Assembly (NCBI GenBank): GCA_029262035.1
Contig: JAJDAE010000178.1
Coordinates: 105 to 64,104, forward strand
DNA: 64,000 nucleotides
Source of the DNA: Candidatus Zhuqueibacterota bacterium
GTDB taxonomy: Bacteria > Zhuqueibacterota > Zhuqueibacteria > Oceanimicrobiales > Oceanimicrobiaceae
Direction of reading: 5' to 3'
In this document: piece after piece, positions 31,794-42,330 of the stretch
How positions within the stretch are numbered: the first letter of the stretch is position 1
Layout of the letters: each line of letters opens with the position of its first letter
Notes under the pieces: model-generated
Database searches by the model: none
Told to the model about the DNA's origin: nothing
What the model saw: only the letters and a program-made list of their open reading frames with translations
Position numbers and translations under genes: made by a program

Positions 31794-33647
31794 TTAGAAT
31801 TGGTCATCGGCTTGAACTGTTTTATGATGTTTGACTATATTACCGTTTATAAACTGCAGGATATTAACTTCTCTATTTACTCGATTATTGTCTCGAAAAG
31901 TTATCACCCCTTTTTTTCCGTTAAACCCGGATAGTTCCGATAAATTTCCACTTATATCAGCGCCCGATGTTGCGCCATCTTTCAATGCTTTGGTTATCAG
32001 GCTAAAAGCATCAAAGCCATATACTTCCCATCTTTCAGGCGACTTTTTCGCTTTAAGGCGAAACTCTGTCCGGAAAGTTCTGTAGTCTCGGCTGTTTTCG
32101 TCAGGGAAGTAATCACTGATAAAAATTGCACCATTTATATATTTTTGAACTTGCGCACCTTGTAAGACATCAAGGTCATGTAGATATTCTCCGCTCAATA
32201 TTTGCGTGTTTATGTTATGTAATGCCAATTGTGGTGCAATGTATTTTATGTCATCAGAAAAAGAAAATGGAAAGAAAAAACCATCAATTGAATTAACCGG
32301 TATTTGGTATTCTTCAAGTTTTCTGTCTTCTTCCTTAGCTTTTAAAATTAATGAATCAACATCTGTGGAATCAAAATGAAAGGCGGTTTCCCGAATACTT
32401 TTAAATTGCCGTCCTAAATCTTCCGGTCTGCCATTATACCAGCGTTGCGCAACAATTCGTCCGCCAAGTTCATCTACAGCTGAAGAAAAACTAGCGACCA
32501 TCTGCTGACCATAGTCGTCTGTTGGCGCTAACGTAGCGAATGTTTTTAAACCCATTTCATTTATTGCATATTCTGCCAGAGCCCTGCCTTTATTTTCAAG
32601 ATCGCTATTCAATTGAAAAACAGTTTCGGCTACAGATGCAACTCCATTTTCAGTAGCCGCAGGGCCAATGACAGGTACATGTTTGGCGCTTGCAAGTGCG
32701 CCTATTCCGGCCGTAACCTGGCTTTCAAGTTCACCAATTATAGCGGTTACATTCTCCCTGTCAATCAGGGTTTCAACATGATGAATAGCTTGAATCAAGT
32801 TGCTTTCCGAGTCCCGAACAACAAGCTCCACCGGTCTCCCAGCTATATTTTTTATTTTTTCCTGCGCGAACTTAATTCCATGCAAAACCGCTAAACCTTC
32901 TTCGCTAAAATATCCCGATAACGGTAAAACAACCCCAATTTTAAATGAATTAGATTCCGCACGATCTGAATTAGATAAAAGTTGGTCGATTTGCGCGGTA
33001 AATTGATTTCGACGATACTTTTGCTTGTAGTTATTTAAAATTGTTCGGGCAACGTCCGGAGAACCTTGTTCCATTTTACTGCGGGCATACGCAATGGTTA
33101 AAACCGCTGCAGAACTTTCTCCTGTGCCTGAGCGAAGTAGCCTTTCAAAATCATCAGATGTAAGATTCTCTGCGGCCTGTAAAGCAAGATTTTTGCTTTT
33201 TTCAACCAACTTTGAATTTGAACTATTGTCAACTATCCAAAGCAGGTCCTCCACAGAAGAAAAATAATCATGCAATTTATAATTGGAGGTCGAGCGGCCA
33301 TAAAAAGCATCATCCAAATATTTACTCTTGGAAAAACCGGAAATCAATCTATCAAAATATGGTATTGCATCTAAATAACGATTGAGTTTATAAAGACTCT
33401 TCCCGGTCATCAGCAATGTAGCAGTTGTCCGTTGATGGATAACTCTGGAGCTACTCAAGGATTCAAAATTTACAAACGCTCTATTGTAATTCTTGGCCAC
33501 ATACAGCGTTAATGCTTTTCTAAAAGTATCTTCATTTTCCGGAACAACCTTAACAGACCTTGTCTGGGCAATTGCATTAAAATTTACAAGACCAAAAGAA
33601 AATACAAATAAAGTAACAATTACCCATTTAAGAGTACGCAATCGCAT
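31794..33647 (-). CDS. Periplasmic protein with N-terminal TPR-like region and C-terminal type-I periplasmic-binding-protein (LivK/ANF-receptor-like) domain; LpoA-like architecture
   Basis: Signal peptide, then a ~200-aa helical repeat region. The PBP1 signature from ~aa 230 is GVVLPLSGYFSEEGLAVLHGIKFAQEKIKNIAGRPVELVVRDSESN. Confidence 0.6.
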   Translation of the reverse strand: MRLRTLKWVIVTLFVFSFGLVNFNAIAQTRSVKVVPENEDTFRKALTLYVAKNYNRAFVNFESLSSSRVIHQRTTATLLMTGKSLYKLNRYLDAIPYFDRLISGFSKSKYLDDAFYGRSTSNYKLHDYFSSVEDLLWIVDNSSNSKLVEKSKNLALQAAENLTSDDFERLLRSGTGESSAAVLTIAYARSKMEQGSPDVARTILNNYKQKYRRNQFTAQIDQLLSNSDRAESNSFKIGVVLPLSGYFSEEGLAVLHGIKFAQEKIKNIAGRPVELVVRDSESNLIQAIHHVETLIDRENVTAIIGELESQVTAGIGALASAKHVPVIGPAATENGVASVAETVFQLNSDLENKGRALAEYAINEMGLKTFATLAPTDDYGQQMVASFSSAVDELGGRIVAQRWYNGRPEDLGRQFKSIRETAFHFDSTDVDSLILKAKEEDRKLEEYQIPVNSIDGFFFPFSFSDDIKYIAPQLALHNINTQILSGEYLHDLDVLQGAQVQKYINGAIFISDYFPDENSRDYRTFRTEFRLKAKKSPERWEVYGFDAFSLITKALKDGATSGADISGNLSELSGFNGKKGVITFRDNNRVNREVNILQFINGNIVKHHKTVQADDQF

Positions 33648-33656
33648 AATTTATCC

Positions 33657-35489
33657 TTATTCTACTGTTACACTTTTTGCGAGATTACGAGGCTGATCAA
33701 CATCACATCCTCGCATTATAGCAATGTAATAGGCCAGAAGTTGTAATGGAATGATGGTCAATATTGGTGTTAGAAACTCCATGGTGGCCGGCACATAAAT
33801 AACGTGGTCAGCCAACCGGCCAATTTCATTATCGCCCTCAGTTGCAATTGCGATAATACGACCATTTCGTGCCTTCACTTCTTCAATATTACTCATTATT
33901 TTCTCATACGTCGAGTCTTTTGTTGCAATAAAAACGACGGGCATGTTTTCATCTATTAAGGCGATGGGGCCGTGTTTCATTTCTGCCGCCGGATACCCCT
34001 CTGCGTGAATATACGAAATTTCTTTCAACTTCAGAGCGCCTTCCAAAGCTACCGGAAAATTATAACCGCGCCCAAGATAAAGAAAATTCTGACTTTTATG
34101 ATATTCCGCTGCTATATTTTTTATAATCTCATGGTCTTCCAGAATTTTTGTTACTTTTTGGGGCAGCGACTTCATTTCATTGACAATTTCAATTCCCTTG
34201 GAAGCACCCATGTTTCGCATTCTGGCCAACAAAAGACTTAACAAACTCAACACCGTAACTTGCGAAGTAAATGCTTTTGTCGATGCAACACCTACTTCAG
34301 GACCTGCATGCAAATAAACGCCGGCATCGCTTTCGCGGGCGATTGTCGATCCGACTACATTACAAACACCCAGCACCTTCGCACCTTTTCGCTTGGCTTC
34401 ACGCAGAGCAGCTAAAGTATCGGCTGTCTCCCCGGATTGCGTAATTACAAAACTCACTGATCCGCGTTCGATAACCGGATCGCGGTACCGGAACTCTGAA
34501 GCATATTCAACTTCTACTGAAGTGCGTACGAGATCCTCAATGAGATACTCGCCGATAAGCGCTGAATGCCAACTGGTTCCGCAAGCCGTAAATAAAATTT
34601 TAGGCGCATAGAGCAAAGAATCAATTTCATTTTGGATACCGCCGAGGTGGGCTGTCCCTTCTTCTACCAACAACCGGCCACGCATTGCATCTTCAATTGT
34701 TTGCGGCTGCTCCATTATTTCTTTAAGCATGAAATGCTCAAAGCCGCCTTTTTCAATCTCATCCAGATCAAAAGAAATCTCTTCGACCCGTTTATTTACT
34801 TTATGGTTGTCAATGGTTTTAATATCAACGCCATCACGCGTAATAACCGCGACTTCATTATCATCCAAATAGCTGACATTTTTTGTGTGGCTTATTATCG
34901 CAGAAACATCGGATGCAATAATATTTTCACCTTCGCCAATACCGACAACCAGAGGACTGCCGCGCCTGGCTGCGACTAAAGTATCCGGATCGTCATGCGC
35001 TAAAACAACAATACCGAACGTGCCTTCAACCTGGCTTAACGCAGAGCGAACAGCCTCATCAAGCGACGTCCCGTTTTTGTAAAATTCTGAAATTAAATTT
35101 GCTAAAGCTTCTGTATCTGTATCCGTACGAAATTTATACCCACCGGCTGAGAGTTTGGTTTTTATGGATTGATGGTTTTCAATAATCCCATTATGGATTA
35201 AGGCGATTTTGTTGTAGTAGTCGGTATGTGGATGAGCATTTTTTTGGTTAGGTGCACCATGTGTTGCCCACCTTGTATGGCCGATGCCAATATTACCGAA
35301 AACCGGCTTCTCCTGCAATACCTTTTCCAAGCCCGACATTTTACCCGGCTCTTTATAAATTGAAATATTCCCCTCTTTTAGAATGGCTATCCCGGCAGAA
35401 TCGTACCCACGATATTCTAACCGTTTTAAGCCATCCATCAAAATTTTCGTAGCATCCTTGTTACCAATGTAACCAACTATACCGCACAT
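33657..35489 (-). CDS. glmS: Glutamine--fructose-6-phosphate aminotransferase (isomerizing)
   Basis: N-terminal MCGIVGYIG (Ntn Cys). Two SIS domains. 610 aa. Ends …VTVE. Confidence 0.95.
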   Translation of the reverse strand: MCGIVGYIGNKDATKILMDGLKRLEYRGYDSAGIAILKEGNISIYKEPGKMSGLEKVLQEKPVFGNIGIGHTRWATHGAPNQKNAHPHTDYYNKIALIHNGIIENHQSIKTKLSAGGYKFRTDTDTEALANLISEFYKNGTSLDEAVRSALSQVEGTFGIVVLAHDDPDTLVAARRGSPLVVGIGEGENIIASDVSAIISHTKNVSYLDDNEVAVITRDGVDIKTIDNHKVNKRVEEISFDLDEIEKGGFEHFMLKEIMEQPQTIEDAMRGRLLVEEGTAHLGGIQNEIDSLLYAPKILFTACGTSWHSALIGEYLIEDLVRTSVEVEYASEFRYRDPVIERGSVSFVITQSGETADTLAALREAKRKGAKVLGVCNVVGSTIARESDAGVYLHAGPEVGVASTKAFTSQVTVLSLLSLLLARMRNMGASKGIEIVNEMKSLPQKVTKILEDHEIIKNIAAEYHKSQNFLYLGRGYNFPVALEGALKLKEISYIHAEGYPAAEMKHGPIALIDENMPVVFIATKDSTYEKIMSNIEEVKARNGRIIAIATEGDNEIGRLADHVIYVPATMEFLTPILTIIPLQLLAYYIAIMRGCDVDQPRNLAKSVTVE

Positions 35490-35642
35490 TATATCACTCC
35501 TTGACTATTTGTAAAAAAGGGTTAAAACATGGAAAGCTGATTTTATTTCAAATCAACCTGTATCAAGCAAAAACTTGAGTCTTCTTAACTCAAATTTGGG
35601 GAAAAAATAACCAGAAAAATAATAAAATGCAAGTAATTCCCT

Positions 35643-37193
35643 CTATTCCCACTCGATAGTACTTGGCGGTTTTGTACTCACATCATAGACTACTCTATTC
35701 ACGCCATGTACTTCATTGATAATTCTATTGGAAATCAATGCCAGAATATCGTATGGAATTCGTGCCCAATCCGCAGTCATGCCATCGGTGCTGGTAACAG
35801 CGCGGAGCCCCACCACACTTTCATAGGTTCGCCGGTCGCCCATTACGCCAACCGATTTCACCGGCAGCAATACCGCAAAAGCTTGCCATATTAAATCATA
35901 CTGATTATTGTTTTTCAATTCCTCGATGAAGATTGAATCTACTTCGCGCAAAAGGTCAAGCCTGGCTTTGGTAATATCGCTCATAATACGCACTGCCAAC
36001 CCTGGTCCGGGGAAAGGGTGACGATTCAATACTTCAGCAGGAAGACCTAACTCCTTTCCAACTCTGCGGACTTCATCCTTAAATAATTCTCTGAGCGGCT
36101 CTATCAATTTAAGGTTCATGATATCCGGCAACCCTCCCACATTGTGGTGCGTTTTAATGGTCACAGAAGGCCCGCCTTTTGCAGAGACACTTTCAATTAC
36201 ATCGGGATACAAAGTGCCTTGCACCAAATATTTCACATCACGAATTTTGTCAGCTTCCTTTTCAAACACCTTAATAAAAGTATTGCCGATGATTTTACGT
36301 TTCTCTTCGGGGTTGCTGACATTTGATAATTTTTGTAAGAAAAGCTCAACAGCATCGACGGAAATAAAATTCGACTCAAAATAAGCCTTAAAAGTCGTGG
36401 CAACTTCTGTGGCCTCATTTTTACGCATCAGGCCGTTATCTACAAAAACACAAGTGAGTTGATCGCCGATTGCCTGTTGCACCAATGCAGCCGCAACAAC
36501 CGAATCCACACCGCCGCTTAAACCGCAAATTACATTGCTATCCCCAACACGCTTTCTTATTTCAGCAACGGTATTTTTCACAAATGAGCCTGGCGTCCAA
36601 TCGGGTTTACATTTACAGATCTTGGATAGGAAATTACCAAGAATTGTTTTGCCATCTACCGAATGGCTAACCTCAGGGTGAAACTGTACAGCATATATAT
36701 TTTTTGATTTGTCGGCAAAGGCTGCATAGGGTGAATTATTTGTATGAGCAAGTATTTCGAAACCATCGGGTAATTTTGTTAAAGCATCTCCATGGCTCAT
36801 CCAAACCTGTGATTTTTCGCCAACATTCTCAAACAATAAATCATTATTTTGAATATTTAACTCAGCTAATCCATACTCTCGTTTTCCGGAAGAGGCAATT
36901 CCCCCGCCATGGAAATGGGTGACAATTTGCAAACCATAACAAATTCCGAGAACCGGGATACCAAGCTCCAGGATAGCCGGATCCGGCAATGGAGCATTTT
37001 CATCGTAAACCGACTCTGGCCCTCCGGAAAGAATAATACCCGACGGTTTGAGAGATTTAATTTCTTCCATAGAAATATTGAACGGCTTAATTTCGGAGAA
37101 AACATTTAACTCTCTGATTTTACGGGTAATCAGCTGAGTAAATTGCGACCCAAAATCCAAAATCAGGATAAAATCCTTTGGGTGATTGCTCAT
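35643..37193 (-). CDS. guaA: GMP synthase (glutamine-hydrolysing)
   Basis: GATase-1 domain with catalytic Cys (GICYGLQ). ATP-PPase P-loop SGGVDSVV. C-terminal dimerisation domain ending …STIEWE. Confidence 0.95.
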   Translation of the reverse strand: MSNHPKDFILILDFGSQFTQLITRKIRELNVFSEIKPFNISMEEIKSLKPSGIILSGGPESVYDENAPLPDPAILELGIPVLGICYGLQIVTHFHGGGIASSGKREYGLAELNIQNNDLLFENVGEKSQVWMSHGDALTKLPDGFEILAHTNNSPYAAFADKSKNIYAVQFHPEVSHSVDGKTILGNFLSKICKCKPDWTPGSFVKNTVAEIRKRVGDSNVICGLSGGVDSVVAAALVQQAIGDQLTCVFVDNGLMRKNEATEVATTFKAYFESNFISVDAVELFLQKLSNVSNPEEKRKIIGNTFIKVFEKEADKIRDVKYLVQGTLYPDVIESVSAKGGPSVTIKTHHNVGGLPDIMNLKLIEPLRELFKDEVRRVGKELGLPAEVLNRHPFPGPGLAVRIMSDITKARLDLLREVDSIFIEELKNNNQYDLIWQAFAVLLPVKSVGVMGDRRTYESVVGLRAVTSTDGMTADWARIPYDILALISNRIINEVHGVNRVVYDVSTKPPSTIEWE

Positions 37194-37199
37194 AACCTA

Positions 37200-37973
37200 C
37201 TATTTTTCTATGTTCCAGGATTTAAGATTTGTTAAAAAAGAATGGTTGGTCAAGTCGTAATGGAGAGGGGTTACGGATACATAATTGTTTTTTATAGCAT
37301 AATCATCATTATCAGGGCCTTGATCGAGTTCAATTTTTTCCCCGGTAAGCCAGTAATAAATACGATTATTTGGGTCAACACGTTTGTCAAAATGTTCTTT
37401 GAATTGGGACAAACCTTGGCGTGCAACCATTACTCCGGCAATTTCTTTTTCAGGTAACGGGGGAACATTGATATTGAGCAAAGTACCAGTTGGCAGACCA
37501 TTCTCCAAAACATGCTGAGCCATTTTTCCTGCAAACTTGGCAGCATAGCTAAAGTCGGGTTCGAGATAAGTTGTAAGAGAAACAGCAAATGAAGGGATAT
37601 TTAGAATGGTACCTTCGGTTGCAGCCGAAACAGTACCCGAATAAATGGCGTTGATTCCGGCATTTGAGCCACGATTAACTCCGGAAATAACCAAATCGGG
37701 CTTTCTTTCCAGCAAAGCCCAATAAGCAATTTTCACACAATCGGCTGGCGTGCCACTAACAGCGTAACCAAAAAAATCACCATTTTTTTTGTAGTCCCAA
37801 ACGCGGAGTGGGTCTGACAGTGTAATGGCATGCCCCACGGCGCTTCTTTCGCTGTCGGGCGCCACAACAACCACATCTGCAATTTTCGAAATTTCAGTAT
37901 GTAGTGCCGCTAACCCTGGCGCGTAAATACCATCATCATTACTTAATAAAATATACGGTTTTTTATCGGACAC
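37200..37973 (-). CDS. surE: 5'/3'-nucleotidase SurE
   Basis: N-terminal ILLSNDDGIYAPGL signature. 257 aa. Confidence 0.9.
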   Translation of the reverse strand: MSDKKPYILLSNDDGIYAPGLAALHTEISKIADVVVVAPDSERSAVGHAITLSDPLRVWDYKKNGDFFGYAVSGTPADCVKIAYWALLERKPDLVISGVNRGSNAGINAIYSGTVSAATEGTILNIPSFAVSLTTYLEPDFSYAAKFAGKMAQHVLENGLPTGTLLNINVPPLPEKEIAGVMVARQGLSQFKEHFDKRVDPNNRIYYWLTGEKIELDQGPDNDDYAIKNNYVSVTPLHYDLTNHSFLTNLKSWNIEK

Positions 37974-37984
37974 TATAGCTCACT

Positions 37985-38926
37985 TTAATTTGTTTGGTCG
38001 TCATCCAAAGAGGATTCGGCTGGACCAGGAGAGTTCACTAATAAGTTTTCATTATTTAACTCACCATTGGTGTTCTCTTCATCAAATTGATTATCAGTTG
38101 AAAATTCGAGAATATCCCTTAGCCGGTCCTTCATCTCATGGCGTTTTACCACCGAATCAATAAAACCATGGCTGAGTTGAAATTCCGCCCGTTGGAAGCC
38201 TTCGGGCAAATCCTGACCGATAGTTTGCTTAATAACACGCGGACCTGCAAACGCAATTAATGCCCCGGGTTCAGCAAGAATAAAATCACCTAACATTGCA
38301 AAACTTGCGGTTACACCGCCGGTTGTTGGGTCGGTAATTATCGAGATAAAGGGGTATCCCGTCTCAGCAAACTTAGCCAACCGGCTGGACGTTTTAGCCA
38401 ATTGCATTAAGGAAATAGCGCCTTCCATCATGCGTGCACCACCAGAGGCGGAAATTATAATAAGCGGTAATTTACGTTTTATTGCTTCATCAATTGCTCT
38501 GGCAATTTTCTCTCCGACTACTGAGCCCATGCTGCCGCCGATAAAAGAAAAATCCATTACACAAAAAACAACTTCGTGCGCATGTATTTTACCAAACCCC
38601 GTGCGAATAGCATCCTTTTGCCCGGTTTTCTTTACTGCCGCTTTAATTTGATCCGAATATCGCTTACTCGCTTTGAACTTTAAAAAGTCTACTGATCCAA
38701 TTTCAGCATTAAATTCATCAAAGTGGCCGTCATCAAGCAAATATTTAATGTAATCAGAACTCTTGATTCTGAAATGAAAACCACACTCTGCACAAACATG
38801 CAAATTTTTCTCCAACTCGCGTTTATAGATAACCTCTTCACAGGAAGAACATTTAATCCACAATTCGGGGATTTCTTTTTTCTTTTGGGGTTTCAAACCA
38901 TCTTTAGCGCGTTTAAACCAATCCAT
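37985..38926 (-). CDS. accD: Acetyl-CoA carboxylase carboxyltransferase beta subunit
   Basis: N-terminal C4 zinc ribbon CSSCEEV…CAECGFH. Crotonase-fold carboxyltransferase domain. Confidence 0.9.
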   Translation of the reverse strand: MDWFKRAKDGLKPQKKKEIPELWIKCSSCEEVIYKRELEKNLHVCAECGFHFRIKSSDYIKYLLDDGHFDEFNAEIGSVDFLKFKASKRYSDQIKAAVKKTGQKDAIRTGFGKIHAHEVVFCVMDFSFIGGSMGSVVGEKIARAIDEAIKRKLPLIIISASGGARMMEGAISLMQLAKTSSRLAKFAETGYPFISIITDPTTGGVTASFAMLGDFILAEPGALIAFAGPRVIKQTIGQDLPEGFQRAEFQLSHGFIDSVVKRHEMKDRLRDILEFSTDNQFDEENTNGELNNENLLVNSPGPAESSLDDDQTN

Positions 38927-39438
38927 TACAGGCCCTCCTTTAAAGTCAAACTCATCAATATGGCATCGTCTTTATCTTTAATATAGTACCCGGGGCGTGT
39001 GCCATCAATTTCAAAACCGTGCCTAAGATAAAGATTTTTTGCCGCTTCATTCGCCGACCTTACTTCTAAATAAATTTTATATATTTTTTTTCTTAAAATA
39101 TCAGAAATTATATAACCCAGCAAAAAACTACCAATAAACTGTCTTCTGTAATTATTATCTACCGCAAAATTTGAAATATGCGCTTCAATATCAAAACACC
39201 AGTGTACTGAATACCCGATAACCCGCTCCCCATCCAAAGCAACAAAAAGCGAGGAACACTCGTTGCCGCTCAATTCATGCTGAAAACTATCTTTTGACCA
39301 CGGGTCCGGAAAGACTTCTTGCTCCAGAGCAACCACAGCGTCAAGATCCTTCAGCTCCATTGGGCGAATGCTCAAATTTGGCATCACCGGCCTGACGCCA
39401 GATTTTGAGCTGGTTATTTTCTCTTGTTCAGCCGACAT
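38926..39438 (-). CDS. rimI: Ribosomal-protein-alanine N-acetyltransferase (GNAT)
   Basis: GNAT fold. RimI-like N-terminal LEQEVFPDPWS. Located in the tsaB-tsaE neighbourhood typical of rimI. Confidence 0.8.
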   Translation of the reverse strand: MSAEQEKITSSKSGVRPVMPNLSIRPMELKDLDAVVALEQEVFPDPWSKDSFQHELSGNECSSLFVALDGERVIGYSVHWCFDIEAHISNFAVDNNYRRQFIGSFLLGYIISDILRKKIYKIYLEVRSANEAAKNLYLRHGFEIDGTRPGYYIKDKDDAILMSLTLKEGL

Positions 39439-40102
39439 AATTCTTCTTTTTTTTGGGTTGGAAATCTTTCAAATAAAAAGGTTCAATATCTTCCGGACTT
39501 ATAAAGTCTTTGTTTTCAAATTTATCTAATCCCAACACGGCTATATTATAAGGATTAGAAACCGTCAATTCTTCCGGAGCCACAATTAGACTCTTGTCTT
39601 GAAATATTGCTCCCAATGAATGGGGGCTCGCAATAACAAGTATTTCCTCAGTTATTCCTACCCCAAAATCTTCCATGGTGATGATTTCATAATCAGAAAG
39701 GCGATTCAGTTTATTTTCAAACTGGTAAGCCGCAGTGTACAACTCATTTTCACGTGCCTTAATTATGGCACAAATTCTCCCAGGCCAGAATGAACCCGCC
39801 TGTGCAAAAGCATCCAGGGTATTTACACCGACAATCGGGATGCCCAAAGAAAAACTCAGTCCCTTGCTTACGGAAACACCTATTCTCAATCCGGTAAAAG
39901 AACCCGGACCAATCGAAACTACAATGCCGTTTAAATCACTCAGTTTCCATTCAACATCATCAACAGCTTTCTGAATAATACTAATTAATTTCTCATTATG
40001 GATATTTTTTTTATTCAGACGACAGTCAAAGAGCAAACGACGATTTTCAGTTAAAGCAACGCCACAGACTTCCGTTGCCGTGTCTATGGTTAGTAATTTC
40101 AT
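39428..40102 (-). CDS. tsaB: tRNA threonylcarbamoyladenosine biosynthesis protein TsaB (YeaZ)
   Basis: MKLLTIDTATEVCGVAL N-terminus. ASKHA fold without metal ligands. Confidence 0.85.
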   Translation of the reverse strand: MKLLTIDTATEVCGVALTENRRLLFDCRLNKKNIHNEKLISIIQKAVDDVEWKLSDLNGIVVSIGPGSFTGLRIGVSVSKGLSFSLGIPIVGVNTLDAFAQAGSFWPGRICAIIKARENELYTAAYQFENKLNRLSDYEIITMEDFGVGITEEILVIASPHSLGAIFQDKSLIVAPEELTVSNPYNIAVLGLDKFENKDFISPEDIEPFYLKDFQPKKKKNYVG

Positions 40103-40563
40103 TTTCTAATTATTTGAATTTTTCGTTTTGTATCAAACCCTTGTTCAAAATAATTTTTGAATCTGACTTCGATTTTTTTTTGCGGTATAATTGACTCAAC
40201 ATTTTCCGGCCATTCTATCAAGCAAACTCCATCGCCATAAAAGTAATCCTCGCAACCCATTTCTGATGCATCCGCAGCATCCGCAATCCTATAAAAATCG
40301 AAATGATAAACCGGTAAAACGCCATAATACTCATTAATCAAAGTAAATGTCGGACTGCTGACCGAACCTTCAATTTTCAACCCCTCGCAAACACCATTCA
40401 CAAACGTAGTCTTTCCGCTGCCCATTTCACCAACCAGGGCAACCACTGTACCCGACGCTAAACTCTCAGCGAATTTGCGTCCAAATTCAATTGTTTCTTC
40501 CGGGCTATTGGAAATTATTGTGTCGATAATTTCTGAGTTATTCTTTAATATTGCTGTTTCCAT
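40099..40563 (-). CDS. tsaE: tRNA threonylcarbamoyladenosine biosynthesis ATPase TsaE (YjeE)
   Basis: Walker A GEMGSGKTTFVNGV. ~150 aa. Confidence 0.85.
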   Translation of the reverse strand: METAILKNNSEIIDTIISNSPEETIEFGRKFAESLASGTVVALVGEMGSGKTTFVNGVCEGLKIEGSVSSPTFTLINEYYGVLPVYHFDFYRIADAADASEMGCEDYFYGDGVCLIEWPENVESIIPQKKIEVRFKNYFEQGFDTKRKIQIIRK

Positions 40564-40566
40564 TAA

Positions 40567-42135
40567 CTACTTTGGTTCCAAAGTTACCACCGGCAAAATC
40601 ACCTCTTCCATGGAAACACCGCCGTGGTGCAAACAATCCCGGTAATGATTTAAGTAATGGTGATAATTTGTCGGATAAACGAAGTAATAATCTTCCTTAG
40701 CGATTAAATAATTCGTATTTAACCCCATAGACGGCAGTTTATAAGTCTCTGGATCTTTCACCACAATCGCGTGCTTCGGATCGACTTTCAGACTCTTACC
40801 AAACTTATAGCGCAGATTGGTTGAAGTGTCCCGATCACCAATTACCTTGGCTCCCCGCATCCCTCGAATACTGCCATGATCTGTTGTGATAATGATCGTG
40901 GCACCACGTTCACCGAATTCTTTGATAATCTGGTACACGTAGGAATGCTCAAACCACGATCTTGTCAGGGAACGATAGGCTGACTCATCGGGTGTAATCT
41001 CACGCAGTATTTCAGAATCGCTACGGCCGTGAGCAAGCATATCTATAAAATTCACAACGATTGCCACAAGAGGGATATTCGAAAAAGTCGATACTTTTCT
41101 GGTAACACTTTGCGCTTCATTAACATCTAGTATTTTAATGTATTTGCATTCCGGCTTTAATTCAATGCCCAAATCATCTAACTGATGATTTAAAAATTGA
41201 TGTTCATGTCGGTTCAGGCTGTGCTCATCCGCACCTTGGCTCCACAAATCAGGATGCCGCTTTTCAATTTCTCCAGGAAACAATCCACTAAAAATGGCAT
41301 TGCGCGAATAAGGAGTTGCCGTGGGTAAAATTGAATAATAATAGTCTTTTTGAATTTTGAAATCGGGATATAATAAAGGTTCAAGGGTAAGCATCTGATC
41401 CAGACGTAAATTGTCCATCACAATAAACAAAACACATTTACTGTCATCCAGCCGGGGCACAACATATTTCTTCACCAAATCAGTTGAAAGGTCTGGTCTG
41501 TCGCTATCTCCGTTTAGCCAATGAGGGTAACGATTTTCCACAAATTTACCAAACTCAAGATTGCACTCTTTTTTTTGATCGGCGATAGTCTGGTTTAATC
41601 CCAATTCGCTATGGGAGTCGGTCTCGACTTCCCAGTTACATAGTTTTCCGTAAATATTAATCCAATCTTCCCAGGAGAGATCATCGCCAAGCATCATCGA
41701 AATTTCGTTAAACTCAGAAATATAATCTCTGGAAATTCGTGCTCCGGAAATTTTTTTCTTATCAAGAATTTTTTTACAGGTTAGAAGAATTTGGCTTGGA
41801 TTAACCGGCTTGGTAAGGTAATCGTCTATTTTGCTGCCAATAGCATCTTCCATTAAAGTTTCTTCTTCACTTTTTGTGACCATCACAACCGGCAAAGAAG
41901 GGTTGATTTCTTTGATTTCGGCCAAGGCTGTTAAGCCGTCCTTTCCAGCCATCATTTCATCCAGTAGAACCATATCAAAGCTTTCTTGTTTAATCAAGGC
42001 CAAAGCATCATCAGCATTGGTTGCCGGTCGCACATCATAACCTTTTTCCTTGAGAAACAGGATATGGGATCGCAACAAATCAATTTCGTCGTCGACCCAA
42101 AGAATTTTACCTTTTGAAATCATTACTTCTGTCAT
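40567..42135 (-). CDS. PorX-like response regulator: CheY-like receiver fused to PglZ / alkaline-phosphatase-superfamily domain
   Basis: N-terminal receiver (ILWVDDEIDLL…MVLLDEMMAGKDG, with phospho-acceptor Asp context). C-terminal ~380 aa with PglZ-type metal-binding residues (TDHGS…). 522 aa, similar to the ~518-aa PorX architecture. Confidence 0.7.
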   Translation of the reverse strand: MTEVMISKGKILWVDDEIDLLRSHILFLKEKGYDVRPATNADDALALIKQESFDMVLLDEMMAGKDGLTALAEIKEINPSLPVVMVTKSEEETLMEDAIGSKIDDYLTKPVNPSQILLTCKKILDKKKISGARISRDYISEFNEISMMLGDDLSWEDWINIYGKLCNWEVETDSHSELGLNQTIADQKKECNLEFGKFVENRYPHWLNGDSDRPDLSTDLVKKYVVPRLDDSKCVLFIVMDNLRLDQMLTLEPLLYPDFKIQKDYYYSILPTATPYSRNAIFSGLFPGEIEKRHPDLWSQGADEHSLNRHEHQFLNHQLDDLGIELKPECKYIKILDVNEAQSVTRKVSTFSNIPLVAIVVNFIDMLAHGRSDSEILREITPDESAYRSLTRSWFEHSYVYQIIKEFGERGATIIITTDHGSIRGMRGAKVIGDRDTSTNLRYKFGKSLKVDPKHAIVVKDPETYKLPSMGLNTNYLIAKEDYYFVYPTNYHHYLNHYRDCLHHGGVSMEEVILPVVTLEPK

Positions 42136-42330
42136 TTAAAGTTCCCAAAACAAAATTTAAAATATACAAATTAAACACGATTGTCAATGACGTTCTTTTG
42201 ATAAAACAAGTGATTTGTTTGGTAATAACACTGCTTTAATTTAATAATGTTCCTTCAGATTTTATTGATTTTTTGTTCAAGTTAAACTATATATTATAAG
42301 TCAAATTTAATTATCAAAAAGAGGTCGTTT

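Noticed and set aside
40567-42135. The PglZ domain suggested a BREX phage-defence component
   Set aside because: It is fused to a CheY receiver (PorX architecture) and embedded in housekeeping genes. No brxA, brxB, brxC, pglX or brxL is nearby.
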